Positions 18,193 to 26,535 of a stretch of DNA of 34,865 nt are shown in pieces (position 1 is the first letter of the stretch; the number at the start of each line of letters is the position of its first letter). This DNA comes from Deltaproteobacteria bacterium. GTDB taxonomy: Bacteria; JAEEML01. Position numbers and translations under genes: made by a program. Below the pieces are notes generated by a model. That model did not search any database and was not told where the DNA came from. It saw only the letters and a program-made list of their open reading frames with translations. The stretch covers positions 1 through 34,865 of the forward strand of contig JAEEML010000162.1 of assembly GCA_016283195.1 (NCBI GenBank). The letters run 5' to 3'.

Positions 18193-19209
18193 TCAGTATA
18201 CCAATTTCCAGCGATAAAATCCGCGGAAATATTGATTATTTTTTACAGGATGCCAGCTCATATCCGGGTGATTCATGAGCTCGCTGAAAAGTACTTTACG
18301 CACCTCACCGGAGCCATCGGGGATGTTTGTTCCCCGCGGACCAGTGTGGTACACCACATAAGCCTCGTCGTATTGCTCGGGGGCCAGATAAATCATCGAA
18401 TGCCAACTGCCGGCAGTTTCATCAGGCGGGCGCTCGTAAAAAAGCAAATCGCCGTTTGCCAGGCTTTCCGGTTCGTAGCCCAAAAATTTTGTATTGTGCT
18501 TCATTAAAGTTTCGGCATCGGCAAAGGGGCCAAAAGTATGCGCACTGTCGCCTTGTAAAAAGAGATTTGTCCCGAGTTCCGGCACACTGGGATAATTGAA
18601 AGCCGTAACATCAGGGCCGATAAGGCGTGCTCTTATTTTGTGCTCTTTATGCCACGCTTTGTCGTGTTTTTTCAGCGCTTCGACATAGGAGTAGCGCAAG
18701 AGCCCGGCGCAATCTTGATTTTTTGGATAAAAATCAAATGATTTAGCCACATATTGGCTTTCGGCTATAGCCGCAAACCAATTGGCAAAAGCCTGCCTAT
18801 CGCCCTCGGAAGTAAGCTCAGCCACATCAGGATAGCCATCCTTATCGGCATCACCTTCCGGAGCAACTATGGATATTTTAACAGGAATTTTGCTCTCACC
18901 ATAAGTAATTTCCAGCTTAGCCTCGCCGGTTTTTCCCAAAGAAGTCAAAAGGTAGCCCTCGCTACTTGGGACAATTTTGACAAGTTCACCGCCAGAGAGC
19001 GGTTTTAAGGTATAATCACTTATGGCCATAACTTCACTATGCAAAGCAGAAACTTTCAGAAGGCGCACAAGGCCACTTTTATTGCTACCGCGCAGAGAAA
19101 GAGTCTGGGGCTGCACATCCGCTACCAGGCGGCTGTAACTTAGAGCCAAAACTCCAAAGGCCGCCAGCAGGAGCGTGCCGGCTATCCCTATAATTGCCCT
19201 TCTCCGCAC
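18193..19209 (-). CDS. yfaT: YfaT (DUF1175) family protein with N-terminal TM and extra domain
   Basis: DRQAFANWFAAIAESQ, QDCAGLLRY, GDLLFY, HSMIY, VYHTG, WHPVKNNQYFRGFYRW. Directly upstream of the macroglobulin gene. Confidence 0.82.
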   Translation of the reverse strand: MRRRAIIGIAGTLLLAAFGVLALSYSRLVADVQPQTLSLRGSNKSGLVRLLKVSALHSEVMAISDYTLKPLSGGELVKIVPSSEGYLLTSLGKTGEAKLEITYGESKIPVKISIVAPEGDADKDGYPDVAELTSEGDRQAFANWFAAIAESQYVAKSFDFYPKNQDCAGLLRYSYVEALKKHDKAWHKEHKIRARLIGPDVTAFNYPSVPELGTNLFLQGDSAHTFGPFADAETLMKHNTKFLGYEPESLANGDLLFYERPPDETAGSWHSMIYLAPEQYDEAYVVYHTGPRGTNIPDGSGEVRKVLFSELMNHPDMSWHPVKNNQYFRGFYRWKLVY

Positions 19210-19220
19210 TCTTTTGCCTC

Positions 19221-20792
19221 TCAGAGCGTTAAAAGTTCACCGGTTAAAAGGCCATTAGATTCTTCCAAAGTGAGCTCAAGACCGCCAAGTTGGGCCAAAG
19301 CGGCTGCAAAGGGGTCCATAACTTCTTTGCCTTCAGCAGGAGCCAAAAGTTTTAAATCACCGGCCACTTTGGCCATATCCAAAACGGCGGTAAAGCGGCT
19401 CTTACCGCCAAGTTTTTCCGGCAATTCTTTACGATCGCCAAGTTCGGCCACCCGGCCGCCCATAGTGCCGAGAGCCCGGCGCACTGCCCCTTTATAACCA
19501 ACGATAAGGGCTTTATCGGTTAAAGCATAACAGCGGACATCACCACTTTCGCTGCCTTTAAAAGGCGAACATTCCATAACTTTTGCCGGGCTTTCCGGAG
19601 AAGCTTCTTTAGCAATTCCCTGGGTTAAAATGTTTTCGCCGATTTGGTGCAATTTGGCTTCCAAAGCGGCTTTATCAGCGCCTTCTTTTAGGCCAAAAGC
19701 AAATACCATAGAAGAATCCCACTCCACATCTTCACGCGTGGGCTTGCCGAAAAAGCCATCAAAAAACCAAGCCAGTTCGCCATTTAAAGAAGGCAAAACA
19801 GCTGCGCTCATATCAACACCGCCGATAAGAGCAATGCTGTTATTCTCTGAGCGGGAAGCCAAAGCTTTAAAAATAGCATCCAAATTCCAACCGCTGGTAA
19901 TTACAGCCATTCTGCCTGTTTCCGGCAACATGGAGGTAAGTTCAAATTTACCGCCGTTTGCCCACATACCGGCTTTGGGCTGAAACTGTATGGTAGCCAC
20001 ATTTTTAGCTGTTGCTTTGCTTAGAGCAAAAACCAATCTGTCAAAAGGTTCCAAAACCATGAGGCGGGCTGTCGGCAGAATTGAGCTATTTAAGGCCGGC
20101 ACGTCAACCTCCACCAAAAGCTCCGAGTCCACTTCTTTCAAAATGGCGGGAACCACCACATCGCGCGGAGTGGCGGCAAATTGCAAAGACTCTTCAACCA
20201 ATTTTGTGGTACCGAAAATAAGGCTGTCACCATTTATAATAAAGCTGATTTCACCGCCCTCGGTGAGGGGGAGCACCACAGCTTGGCCGGAAGAATCACC
20301 GGCTGCTTTTTGCCAGAGTTCCAATACTTTTTTGGCAATGGTAACCGGCCCTTTAAGGGGCTTAACCACAAGAATTTGCGCTTTTGTCGGTGAAGTTCCT
20401 TTGAATTCATCGCTATTTTCCGGCCAGCTGACGGCACCGCAAGTTTCACCGCTCAAAAGGCCTTCCATAATCTCCGCACTAAAGGGCACACCGGCCTTGG
20501 AAGCCAATTTATCAGCCAAAAGCTGCGGATCCAACACCGGCATTTGCACTGCTAAATCTTTCCACATTTCGGTGTCGCGGACATTTTTAAAAGCCGCATT
20601 GCCAACGTAGCGTTTATAGACCGCTTGCAAATCACTGCTGTAAAAAGTAATGCCAGAGGCACTTTGGGGAATACGCCCCAAGCAGCTTTTTACCACCGAG
20701 GGATCGGCCACTTTTACATCGTCCTTCTTACAAGCCGGGAGCAGCGTCATGGCTGCCAGGGAAAAGAGCAACACTTTCTTTAGACTTCGCAC
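19221..20792 (-). CDS. lipoprotein in the YfaA/MagA position of the macroglobulin operon (function unknown)
   Basis: GAGGAGG RBS 5 nt before GTG 20792 (a better start than 20852); signal MRSLKKVLLFSLAAMTLLPA-C. YfaA-like assignment rests on gene position and size only. Confidence 0.6.
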   Translation of the reverse strand: MRSLKKVLLFSLAAMTLLPACKKDDVKVADPSVVKSCLGRIPQSASGITFYSSDLQAVYKRYVGNAAFKNVRDTEMWKDLAVQMPVLDPQLLADKLASKAGVPFSAEIMEGLLSGETCGAVSWPENSDEFKGTSPTKAQILVVKPLKGPVTIAKKVLELWQKAAGDSSGQAVVLPLTEGGEISFIINGDSLIFGTTKLVEESLQFAATPRDVVVPAILKEVDSELLVEVDVPALNSSILPTARLMVLEPFDRLVFALSKATAKNVATIQFQPKAGMWANGGKFELTSMLPETGRMAVITSGWNLDAIFKALASRSENNSIALIGGVDMSAAVLPSLNGELAWFFDGFFGKPTREDVEWDSSMVFAFGLKEGADKAALEAKLHQIGENILTQGIAKEASPESPAKVMECSPFKGSESGDVRCYALTDKALIVGYKGAVRRALGTMGGRVAELGDRKELPEKLGGKSRFTAVLDMAKVAGDLKLLAPAEGKEVMDPFAAALAQLGGLELTLEESNGLLTGELLTL

Positions 20793-20942
20793 GATAGCCT
20801 CCTCAAAAAAAGACGCCTCTTTATACCCAACTGAAACTGAAAGATAAAGCACTATTTTTTAAGTTTCTCTTTTCATTAGTTTTCGGGCGTGCCAGATATT
20901 TTGCCTCCCGGCAATGAGTTGGATATAACTCGGCTGGCAAAG

Positions 20943-20959
20943 AGCTTAATAATTAAGCT
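20943..20959. promoter_or_regulatory. perfect palindrome AGCTTAAT-A-ATTAAGCT in a divergent intergenic region
   Basis: 8-bp arms at 20943-20950 and 20952-20959; TATAAT at 20981-20986 and AGGAG before ttcA. Confidence 0.45.
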
Positions 20960-20997
20960 ATTGCATAAATTGTAATTCACTATAATTAGGAGATATT

Positions 20998-21798
20998 TTG
21001 AAAAGCGCAGAAGAAAAAGCTCTCGAACTCTTGCGGCGCAAGCTCTTGCGTGCCATGGGGGAGGCCATCCACAATTACGATCTCATCCACGAAGGCGAGC
21101 GCATTATGGTGGCCGTCTCGGCCGGTAAAGACAGTCTCACCCTACTCCACCTTTTAGACTGGCTGCAAAAGCGCTCGCCGGTCCACTTTGAGCTTATTGC
21201 CGCCCACATCGACCCCGGCTATGGCACCGGGCCCAAAATGGAGCACTATTTTAAGGAACTGGGTGTAAATCATGCCGTGATAGAGCGCCCCTTTATCCGC
21301 ATGGTGGAGAAAAAAGAGGCCGACCCCACGCGCCGCTGCAATCTCTGCGCTCGCTTTCGCCGCGCCGCTCTTTACGACCTCGCTACCCGTGAGGGCTGCT
21401 CTACCATTGCGCTCGGCCACCATGCCGATGATCTTATCGAAACTCTCTTAATGAGCATCCTCTTTTCCGGCCAGATAAAATCCATGCCGGCGCGGCTTAT
21501 TTCCGATAGCGGCGAGCACATAGTCATTCGCCCTTTGTGCCTGGCTTGGGAAAAGGATATTATTCAATATGCCAAGCTTTGCGCTCTGCCGGTGGTGGAA
21601 AATATTGTCTGCAATCAGCAGCTCGATACACGCCGCCGCTGGACCAAGGAATTTTTGGCTAATATGCAAGCCGAATCACACCACATCAAGGGCAATGTGC
21701 TGCACTCGCTACAAAGGGTAGTAAAAAGTCATCTTTTGGCTTTTAATAAAGTGGAAGAAGAAAATGACGCCACAAGCCTGCTCACGGAGAGTCTTTAA
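20998..21798 (+). CDS. ttcA: tRNA 2-thiocytidine(32) synthetase TtcA family
   Basis: PP-loop VSAGKDS, CNLCARFRR, IALGHHADD, QIKSMPARL, VIRPL, C-terminal Cys, HLL. Confidence 0.85.
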   Translation: MKSAEEKALELLRRKLLRAMGEAIHNYDLIHEGERIMVAVSAGKDSLTLLHLLDWLQKRSPVHFELIAAHIDPGYGTGPKMEHYFKELGVNHAVIERPFIRMVEKKEADPTRRCNLCARFRRAALYDLATREGCSTIALGHHADDLIETLLMSILFSGQIKSMPARLISDSGEHIVIRPLCLAWEKDIIQYAKLCALPVVENIVCNQQLDTRRRWTKEFLANMQAESHHIKGNVLHSLQRVVKSHLLAFNKVEEENDATSLLTESL

Positions 21799-23527
21799 GG
21801 CAGCGCACCGAAAAGGCGCCGGTTTTAGCACCGCTTCCCAAATAAACACTGCGTTTTTCTATACTTAGGCCATAGGCATTGGAGCTGTCTTCCTCTGTAC
21901 TTGACCAGAAGCCGGCATCTTCGCCAAAATTGTAATAATCACCGGCCAGATAGAGGCCGGCCGGAAGCGCCCCAAAGCCTGTCATCTCCTTACCGCTCTG
22001 GTCATCGGCATAGCTCCAGATAGTGGCTCTTAAATTCTCGGCGCCGGTTTTATTATCGCCGCCAACATAGTCTATCAGGTCTTCAAAATCTTCTTCACTC
22101 GGTAAATGCCAGCCGACGGGGCAAGCCTGTTTGGCCTCTTGCCACTCATAAAGGAAACCATACACAGCATCGTTTTTACTGTCGCCATCCACCGAATAAT
22201 GTTTTACCCCGCTATAGCGCAGATTTTCCGCCATCCAGGTTTGCTCTTCAATTTGCATTATTTTGTATTTATGGCCATCGCGCGAATCGGTAAAAAATCC
22301 CTCTGCCGCCTTTGGTTCACTTGCTACCTGGGAAGCAGCATTATTGTTTTTAGACTGAACAGGATCTTTGGCGGCCGTACTTTGGAGAGCAGCGTTACTA
22401 AGTGGCGATTTTTCCGGCTCCTCATTATTTGTGTCTTTTATGCAGCGCACCGATAAATAGCTGGCACTTTTACCGCTATTGACTATTGTTTTGCCGGCAT
22501 CCACATAGAGGCCATAGGCATTCTTTTTATTTTGTTCCGTGCTGGACCAAAAATAAGCTGCTACCTCGGCCGATGAACAGCCTTTCTTCTCACATTTGCC
22601 CGCCGGTAGCGCCCCAAAACCGGATACATTTTTTCCTTTATCCCATTTTCTGTGTCTTAAATTGTCAGAACCTGTTTCCTCTTTGCCAACACTGGTTAAA
22701 AGGCGGTCAAATTCTACTCTTGAGGGCAGATGCCAGCCACTAGGGCAGACTTTTTTAGCATCGTCAAATTTATACAAATAGCCGTATTCATTTGGCTTTT
22801 TCGTTGATTTGTAATCTATTCCGTCAGCAATATACTTCATATTTTCGGCCAGCCAAATTTGATTGCCGATTTCTACTGTCTTATATTTATTGCCATCGCG
22901 GCGGTCAGTAAAAATATTCAGTTTACCACTTTCTTCGGCGTCTTTAATACAACGCACCGAAAGAAAATCTGTGCCCTCACTGTTGCAGCTTTTGGCCGAA
23001 ACGCTACCTTGCGCTATGGTCATGGAGTAGGCGTCATTATTTCCCTCTTTGCTGCACTTGCTAACCGTCCAAAAGTAGGCTGCTGAGCCAAAAGAAGCAA
23101 AGTTATCAGCTTTAAAAGCGCCGGCCGGCAGAGCCGAAAAACCGGAGCCGTTTTTGCCGCCTTTCCAGCTACTGGCCCGGAGATTTTCGGAGCCTTCCTG
23201 CCCTTCGCCGACATGGACTAGAAGACGGCTAAATTCCACTTTCGAGGGCAAATGAAAGCCAGCGGGGCACACTTTTTGGGCATCGGCCCAGCTATATAGG
23301 CAGCCATAATTCTTTACGGAAGCGCCATGTTTGGCGTCCGAGCGGCAAGCTATATCATCGGCAATGTACTTTACATTTTCGGCAAACCAAATCTGGTTAC
23401 CTATTTGCACGGTTTTGTAGGTCGTGCCGTCGCGACTATCAGTAAATGAGCCGTATTCCTGGGCCAAGGCCGGCGATGCCGTTAGCAGTAAAAGAAAGAC
23501 AGCTGATTTTAACCACAAATGATACAT
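21782..23527 (-). CDS. exported protein with three tandem FISUMP (Fib_succ_major) domains
   Basis: AAGGAGG before ATG 23527; signal ALA-Q; three copies of FTDxRDG-x-YK...WxAEN...YGxLY...CPxGxHLPS...GFxALPAG...FW...SVRCxKD. Confidence 0.92.
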   Translation of the reverse strand: MYHLWLKSAVFLLLLTASPALAQEYGSFTDSRDGTTYKTVQIGNQIWFAENVKYIADDIACRSDAKHGASVKNYGCLYSWADAQKVCPAGFHLPSKVEFSRLLVHVGEGQEGSENLRASSWKGGKNGSGFSALPAGAFKADNFASFGSAAYFWTVSKCSKEGNNDAYSMTIAQGSVSAKSCNSEGTDFLSVRCIKDAEESGKLNIFTDRRDGNKYKTVEIGNQIWLAENMKYIADGIDYKSTKKPNEYGYLYKFDDAKKVCPSGWHLPSRVEFDRLLTSVGKEETGSDNLRHRKWDKGKNVSGFGALPAGKCEKKGCSSAEVAAYFWSSTEQNKKNAYGLYVDAGKTIVNSGKSASYLSVRCIKDTNNEEPEKSPLSNAALQSTAAKDPVQSKNNNAASQVASEPKAAEGFFTDSRDGHKYKIMQIEEQTWMAENLRYSGVKHYSVDGDSKNDAVYGFLYEWQEAKQACPVGWHLPSEEDFEDLIDYVGGDNKTGAENLRATIWSYADDQSGKEMTGFGALPAGLYLAGDYYNFGEDAGFWSSTEEDSSNAYGLSIEKRSVYLGSGAKTGAFSVRCLKDSP

Positions 23528-23659
23528 ATAACCCTCCTTACAGAATATAAATAAACGCAGCAGCGATGCGATTAAACAGTGTAAAGATGCGCTGAATCGC
23601 ATCCTCCCGTGCGTTAATATATTGGCAAATAATTTTCAAGGCATTTGACATAAAATTGC

Positions 23660-24500
23660 CTAGGGCAGACACTTTATCTCCTGATCTAAAGCGGGCGTAA
23701 GGTCGTAACCAAGTTTTTCCGAGAGCTTATTGGCATCTTTCTTAATACGCTCTGCCAACTTATCCAAGCTCTCTGCCCCATCTTTGGCGGCAATAACAAT
23801 CACATTGGTGCTCTCTTTTGCATGAAAGCAGCGAGCCTCACTAAAAGCTACCAAAAGTTCGCGCCTTAGCTCGCGATCTTCCTCCGCCGAGTTGCCGGCA
23901 ATATTAGCCACTAAAAGGCCGCCCGCCGCCAGGTCATTTTTCACCAGAGCAAAAAAGTCCGCTCCTCTTAGAGCCGCCGGAATACCTTCGGCATCGTAGG
24001 CATCAATGGCAATCAGCTTATAGCGCCCGCTATTTTCCGGCCGCTCTATGGTACGGCGGCCGTCCTCTTCCAGGGCAATTAGGCGGCTATCACGCGGCAA
24101 AAAAAAAGTATTTATAAGCCAGCGTAATTACCTGGCCATCTATATCCACGGCAAAAATTTGCGCTTTGGGAAAAGTGCGCCACAAAAGGCGCGGATAGGC
24201 CCCGCCGCCCAGGCCGATAACTAAAAAGCTGCTCCCGTCTTCGGGCTCTAAAAGCGGCAACGCCAGCCCCATCAGGCGGATATATTCCATGGGCACAGCG
24301 TCGGGATTTTTGGGGTCTATCATGCTCTGGTCATCGCCATTTAAGGTGCCAAAGCGCAAATAGCGATAGCCGCCGTCATCGATAACAAAGATTCGCTCGT
24401 TATATTTTGAGGGCACATCAGCCAGTATTTTGGTCTTTTGCGAGCAGGAAGTTCCGGCAAGACATAGCAAAAGTGCTAATAAAATGCGAAATAACGACAT
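23660..24500 (-). pseudogene. spermidine-synthase-like SAM-dependent methyltransferase-fold lipoprotein, split by a frameshift at a T9 tract
   Basis: 5' part: lipobox AGTS-C, QS, EYIRLM, LVIGLGGG, VDID. 3' part: EDGR, IAIDAYD, FFALVKNDLAAGGLLVAN. The junction TAC-T9-GCC would read YFFLPRDSRL with T8. Confidence 0.85.
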
Positions 24501-24546
24501 GTTACTTTCTCTATTCTCAAAAATTACCATGCGGCCGTTTTTTCAC

Positions 24547-25200
24547 TTAATTATCTGTCAGCGGTTCCAGCCGCAGTTCCGCAGCTTCCAATTCCTCGGC
24601 ATGCTTTTTAGTGTGGGTAGCCATAATAATGCCAATTCCCTTGGCAGTAAGTTTTTGCAGCATGGTAATTAAACGGGCCTCGTTTTGGCTATCCAGCGCT
24701 GTTGCCGGCTCATCAAGCAAGAGAAAATCCGGCTCTTGCAGGAGAGCGCGGGCTAAAAGCATCATGCGCTGCTCACCGCCGCTGAGCGCAGTACACTCTT
24801 TTTTAGCCAGGTGTTTTATATCCAACTCATCAATCACGGCGGCGAGACGTTTTATATCTTCTCCGGTAGGCCAGCGCCATAATGGCACATAGGGTGCCCG
24901 GCCCATCAAAATGCTCTCCTCCACGGTAAAAGGCAAAAACGGAGCATAGAGTTGGGGCATATAACAAAGATGCTGCGCCCGCTCACGCACCGAAAAAGCC
25001 GCAAGATCTCGCCCATCAAGAGCCATCTGTCCGGAGAGCGGCGTAAGGAGCCCCATGAGAGTCTTTAAAAGTGTGCTTTTGCCCACTCCGTTGGGCCCCA
25101 TAAGAGCCACTATTTTACCTTTTTGCAAAGAAAAGCTAATATTTTCCTGAACTTTGCGCTCGCCATAGCCTATAGAAAGATTTTTTATACTAAGTTCCAT
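24547..25200 (-). CDS. ABC transporter ATP-binding protein (FecE/FepC/BtuD-like)
   Basis: GPNGVGKSTLL, YMPQ, MGRAPY, LSGGEQR, LLLDEP, H-loop ATH. Confidence 0.92.
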   Translation of the reverse strand: MELSIKNLSIGYGERKVQENISFSLQKGKIVALMGPNGVGKSTLLKTLMGLLTPLSGQMALDGRDLAAFSVRERAQHLCYMPQLYAPFLPFTVEESILMGRAPYVPLWRWPTGEDIKRLAAVIDELDIKHLAKKECTALSGGEQRMMLLARALLQEPDFLLLDEPATALDSQNEARLITMLQKLTAKGIGIIMATHTKKHAEELEAAELRLEPLTDN

Positions 25201-25266
25201 CTTTTATGCACCCACCCTATAAATTCGAGCCGGTGGGAGGGCCGTCGGGGCGCTGCCAGACAATAA

Positions 25267-26535
25267 TCACTTAATAATAATGCGTTGATGTTTTTTCTTG
25301 CCGGCCCGTAAAATAATCTCACCGCCTAAAATATCGGCGGAAAGCGGCGCTAGGCCGTCTTCAATGCGCTCTTCGTTGATATAAGCACCGCCGCCCTGAA
25401 TGAGGCGCCGGGCCGCACCCTTGGATTCACAGAGGCCGGCCAGCACAAAGAGATCAACAGCGTTTAACTCGGCAGCAAGATCCGCTTTACTTAGCTCGGT
25501 AGTGGGAATTTGCGCCTGCCCGGCACTGGCATCGCGCGGGATATTCGAGCTCGGCAAAATATCGGCCGGAATACTCCGCGCGCCAAAGGCCTGCCAAGTG
25601 GCAAAGAGAGCCTCTTTGGCCTTTTCGTAGCCGTGAATAAAGGCGGTGGCTTCATAAGCCAAAATGGTTTTCACCGGGTTCAGCTGCTCGGCGGTGAGCT
25701 TTTCGCAAGCTTCAATTTCCTCAATGGGTAAATAGGTAAAGAGCTTGGTATAACGCAGCACATCGCGATCATCGGAATTTACCCAGTATTGGAAATAATC
25801 ATAAGGCGAGGTGCGGTTTTCATCCAGCCAGAGCGCCCCGGCCACCGTCTTGCCCATTTTTTGCCCGGTGGCGGTGGTGATGAGCTTAAAGGTCATGCCG
25901 TAGCCCTGCTTATCTTCCAGGCGGTGAATGAGGTCGATACCGGCCACAATGTTGCCCCATTGGTCGGCGCCGCCCATTTGCAACTGACAATTGTGATTTT
26001 TAAAGAGATACCAAAAATCATAAGCCTGCAAAAGCTGGTAATTAAACTCGATAAAGGAGAGCCCGCGCTCGAGGCGCATTTTGTAAGACTCGGCGGTGAG
26101 CATGCGGTTGACACTGAAATGGCGACCGATATCGCGCAAAAAGTCGATATATTTTAGGCCGTTGAGCCAGTCGCCGTTGGCCAGGATTTTTACTTCACCT
26201 TTGCCATCTAAAAGGCGGTGCAACTGCTTGCCGATGCCGTCTATATTTTTTTGCAAGCTTTCATCATCGAGCATTTTCCGCATCTCGGTTTTGCCGGAAG
26301 GGTCGCCAACCCGAGCGGTAGCCGAACCAATAAGAGCCACCGGGGCAAAACCGGCCTTCATAAAGTGGCCAAGAGCCATAATGGGAATAAGATGCCCGGC
26401 GTGCAAACTGTCGGCAGTTGGGTCAAAGCCGACATAAAGTGAGGTCTTACCAGCTGCTAAAAGCTCTTTAATGGCCTCTTCATCGGTAACGGCGTCTATA
26501 AAACCACGGCGGGTAAGTTCGTCAAACAGCATCAT
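25267..26535 (-). CDS. tyrS: tyrosine--tRNA ligase
   Basis: YVGFDPTADSLHAGH, GDPSGK, EFNYQLLQAYDF, QMGGADQWGNI, KMGKT, C-terminal S4 domain (SKGAARRLIQGGG...GKK). Confidence 0.98.
   Translation of the reverse strand: MMLFDELTRRGFIDAVTDEEAIKELLAAGKTSLYVGFDPTADSLHAGHLIPIMALGHFMKAGFAPVALIGSATARVGDPSGKTEMRKMLDDESLQKNIDGIGKQLHRLLDGKGEVKILANGDWLNGLKYIDFLRDIGRHFSVNRMLTAESYKMRLERGLSFIEFNYQLLQAYDFWYLFKNHNCQLQMGGADQWGNIVAGIDLIHRLEDKQGYGMTFKLITTATGQKMGKTVAGALWLDENRTSPYDYFQYWVNSDDRDVLRYTKLFTYLPIEEIEACEKLTAEQLNPVKTILAYEATAFIHGYEKAKEALFATWQAFGARSIPADILPSSNIPRDASAGQAQIPTTELSKADLAAELNAVDLFVLAGLCESKGAARRLIQGGGAYINEERIEDGLAPLSADILGGEIILRAGKKKHQRIIIK

Noticed and set aside
18140..19209. Tat signals in the macroglobulin (TRRLC) and YfaT (RRRAI)
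   Set aside because: They lack the S/T-R-R-x-F-L-K consensus and are better explained as basic n-regions.
20793..20852. Longer ORF-track starts (20852; likewise 23602, 24530, 29167)
   Set aside because: Downstream starts (20792, 23527, 24500, 29110) place signal peptides at the N-terminus and have plausible to strong RBS sequences.
20998..21798. Functional link between ttcA and the nearby tRNA-Lys
   Set aside because: This tRNA has U32, so it cannot carry s2C32, and the genes are 13 kb apart.
21782..23527. Diversity-generating retroelement targeting the FISUMP domains
   Set aside because: No reverse transcriptase, and no near-identical template/variable repeat pair differing only at adenines; the copies are diverged at all positions.
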